Of a stretch of 64,000 nucleotides of DNA, positions 62,420 through 64,000 are shown in pieces. The notes under the pieces were generated by a model that did no database searches, had not been told where the DNA came from, and worked only from the letters and a program-made list of their open reading frames with translations. Position numbers and translations under genes: made by a program. Position 1 is the stretch's first letter. The number at the start of each line of letters is the position of its first letter. The stretch comes from Antedon mediterranea. Taxonomy: Eukaryota; Animalia; Echinodermata. The DNA lies in the NCBI RefSeq assembly GCF_964355755.1, contig NC_092671.1, forward strand, positions 22,828,070 to 22,892,069, read 5' to 3'.

Positions 62420-64000
62420 TATTAATTATTATGTGTTAATTGTTTCAAACCTGGGCACACAGGAAAGGAGTGCTTGCGTCAAATTACTTGCGACATAGAT
62501 GACTGTGGTAAGAAACACAGCAAATATCTGCATATTCCACGTTACGTAACCAATTCTCCACTAATCCACCTAACTCTTCAGTGACTACAGCACCAACCAC
62601 CAGCACCACTCCTCTGATGCAAGTGGAGTTAGTTCAAGGAAACAGCAAGTTTATTCAAGCAAATCCTGGCCGATTGTTGCTGTCCGTGTACATACAGGTG
62701 GAACATCTAGTTAAGCAACCTATGAACAGTCTGGTAGCTGTTGAAAGCTGAATACAAGTAGTCCCAGCACCAAAACTACCTTATCCATCAATGATCAGAG
62801 GCTCCATTAGTCTAAAAGATGGCCACTATTCCATGAATATTTCATTCAAGCACAGACCACCAAACCTACCTGATAATCGTCAGATGGTAGACCGTAGATT
62901 GTAGCTGTTGGGTAAACAATTGACACAAGACCCAGTTCTGAAGAAAAAATATGTAACTGAAATTCATAAACTACTTGCTGATCGACATGCAGAACTTGTC
63001 CCGAAAGACGACCTCTAAAGAGCTGACGGTTGCGTACGGTACCTCCCGCATCACCCGGTGTTTAACCCAAAGAAGCCAGACAAATGCCGAATCGTTAAAT
63101 GATCAGGTACACCAAGGACCAAATTTGACCAATAAACTAATTGGCGTCCTTCTTCGTTTCCGACAAGAAGCTGTTGCGTTCACAGCCGATATCCAGGGCA
63201 TGTTTCACCAAGTTGTTGTAAATCCTGCCGATCGTGACGCACTGCAGTTCTTATGGTGGAAAAATGATGACTCATACAACATGCCTCTAGCGTATAGAAT
63301 GACTATTCATTTATTTGGAGGAGTTTGGAACCCAAGTTGCGCCAATTATGCTGTTCATCGAACTGTCGAGGATAACGCAAGTGAATACAGCAATGCTGCA
63401 AGGCTGAGAATTAAGCATAACTTTTACGTAGATGATTGTTTAAAATCTGTAGCGTCTGTTGACAAAGCCATATATCTTGTACATGAAGTTAAAAGACTAT
63501 TGCAGTGTGGACCCTATGTACTGCGAGCAAAGATGAAATTTCAGCAACTATGCTGCTGCAAATACGACTGGGATGATCCCATACCAACTGAGAGTGCTGA
63601 TCAGTGGAATCGATGGCTCATTGACCTCCCTACTGTAAGGGATCTGAAGGTACTACGTTGTTTTAAGCCCATTGGGCTTCACATCAAATCCAGCCAACTA
63701 CATCATTTTGTCGACGCATCCGAAGCTGGATACGGAGTAGTAACGTACCTTAGAATGATAGATTCCTGTGATAAAACCATTGTAGTATTCTGATGTCCAA
63801 ATCGAGATTTGCGCCTTTGAAGACCACAACCATCCCAATGTTGGAGCTGACCGCAGCCGTCGAAGCAATCGAATTAGACAAGTTATTGCTGCGTGAGCTA
63901 GAAATTTTGCTGTTGGAATCCACCTTTTGGTCGGACAGCATGATCGTCTTATGGTATATTCAAAATGATGAGTGTCGCTTCCAGACTTACGTAGCAAACC
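62420..64000 (+). pseudogene. BEL/Pao LTR retrotransposon gag-pol, degenerate, running off the window
   Basis: CFKPGH...C...CGKKH..LH knuckles, YLPHHPVFNPKKP, SLND...GPNL, LLRFR, ADIQGMFHQV, FLWW, FYVDD, LHHFVDASE, SKSR.APLK, LEL.AA, FWSDS. Internal deletions and frameshifts. Confidence 0.9.

Overview
AT-rich eukaryotic DNA, probably from a marine invertebrate, made almost entirely of nested transposable elements. No prokaryotic genes or CRISPR arrays are present. Main content: (1) several Academ-type DNA transposons with TAG...CTA termini and 3-bp TSDs, including a near-identical head-to-tail 5.2-kb dimer whose copies share one terminal TA, and two fold-back derivatives; (2) a ~12-kb nested and tandem pile of non-autonomous Helentron/HINE-like rolling-circle elements; (3) Penelope-like retroelements, one with an inverted pseudo-LTR and a hammerhead-like motif; (4) CR1/L2- and RTE-type LINE fragments, BEL/Pao fragments, tRNA-derived SINEs, and hAT-, Harbinger-, Tc1/pogo-, Kolobok- and Sola3-like elements; (5) an intact tRNA-like cloverleaf with an ATC anticodon and one probable minus-strand host exon. 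The most striking pattern is that three sequence-unrelated Academ elements each have bipartite ends whose spacers differ by exactly 10 bp between left and right, reminiscent of the 12/23 rule. All family assignments come from motifs read by eye and need database confirmation.
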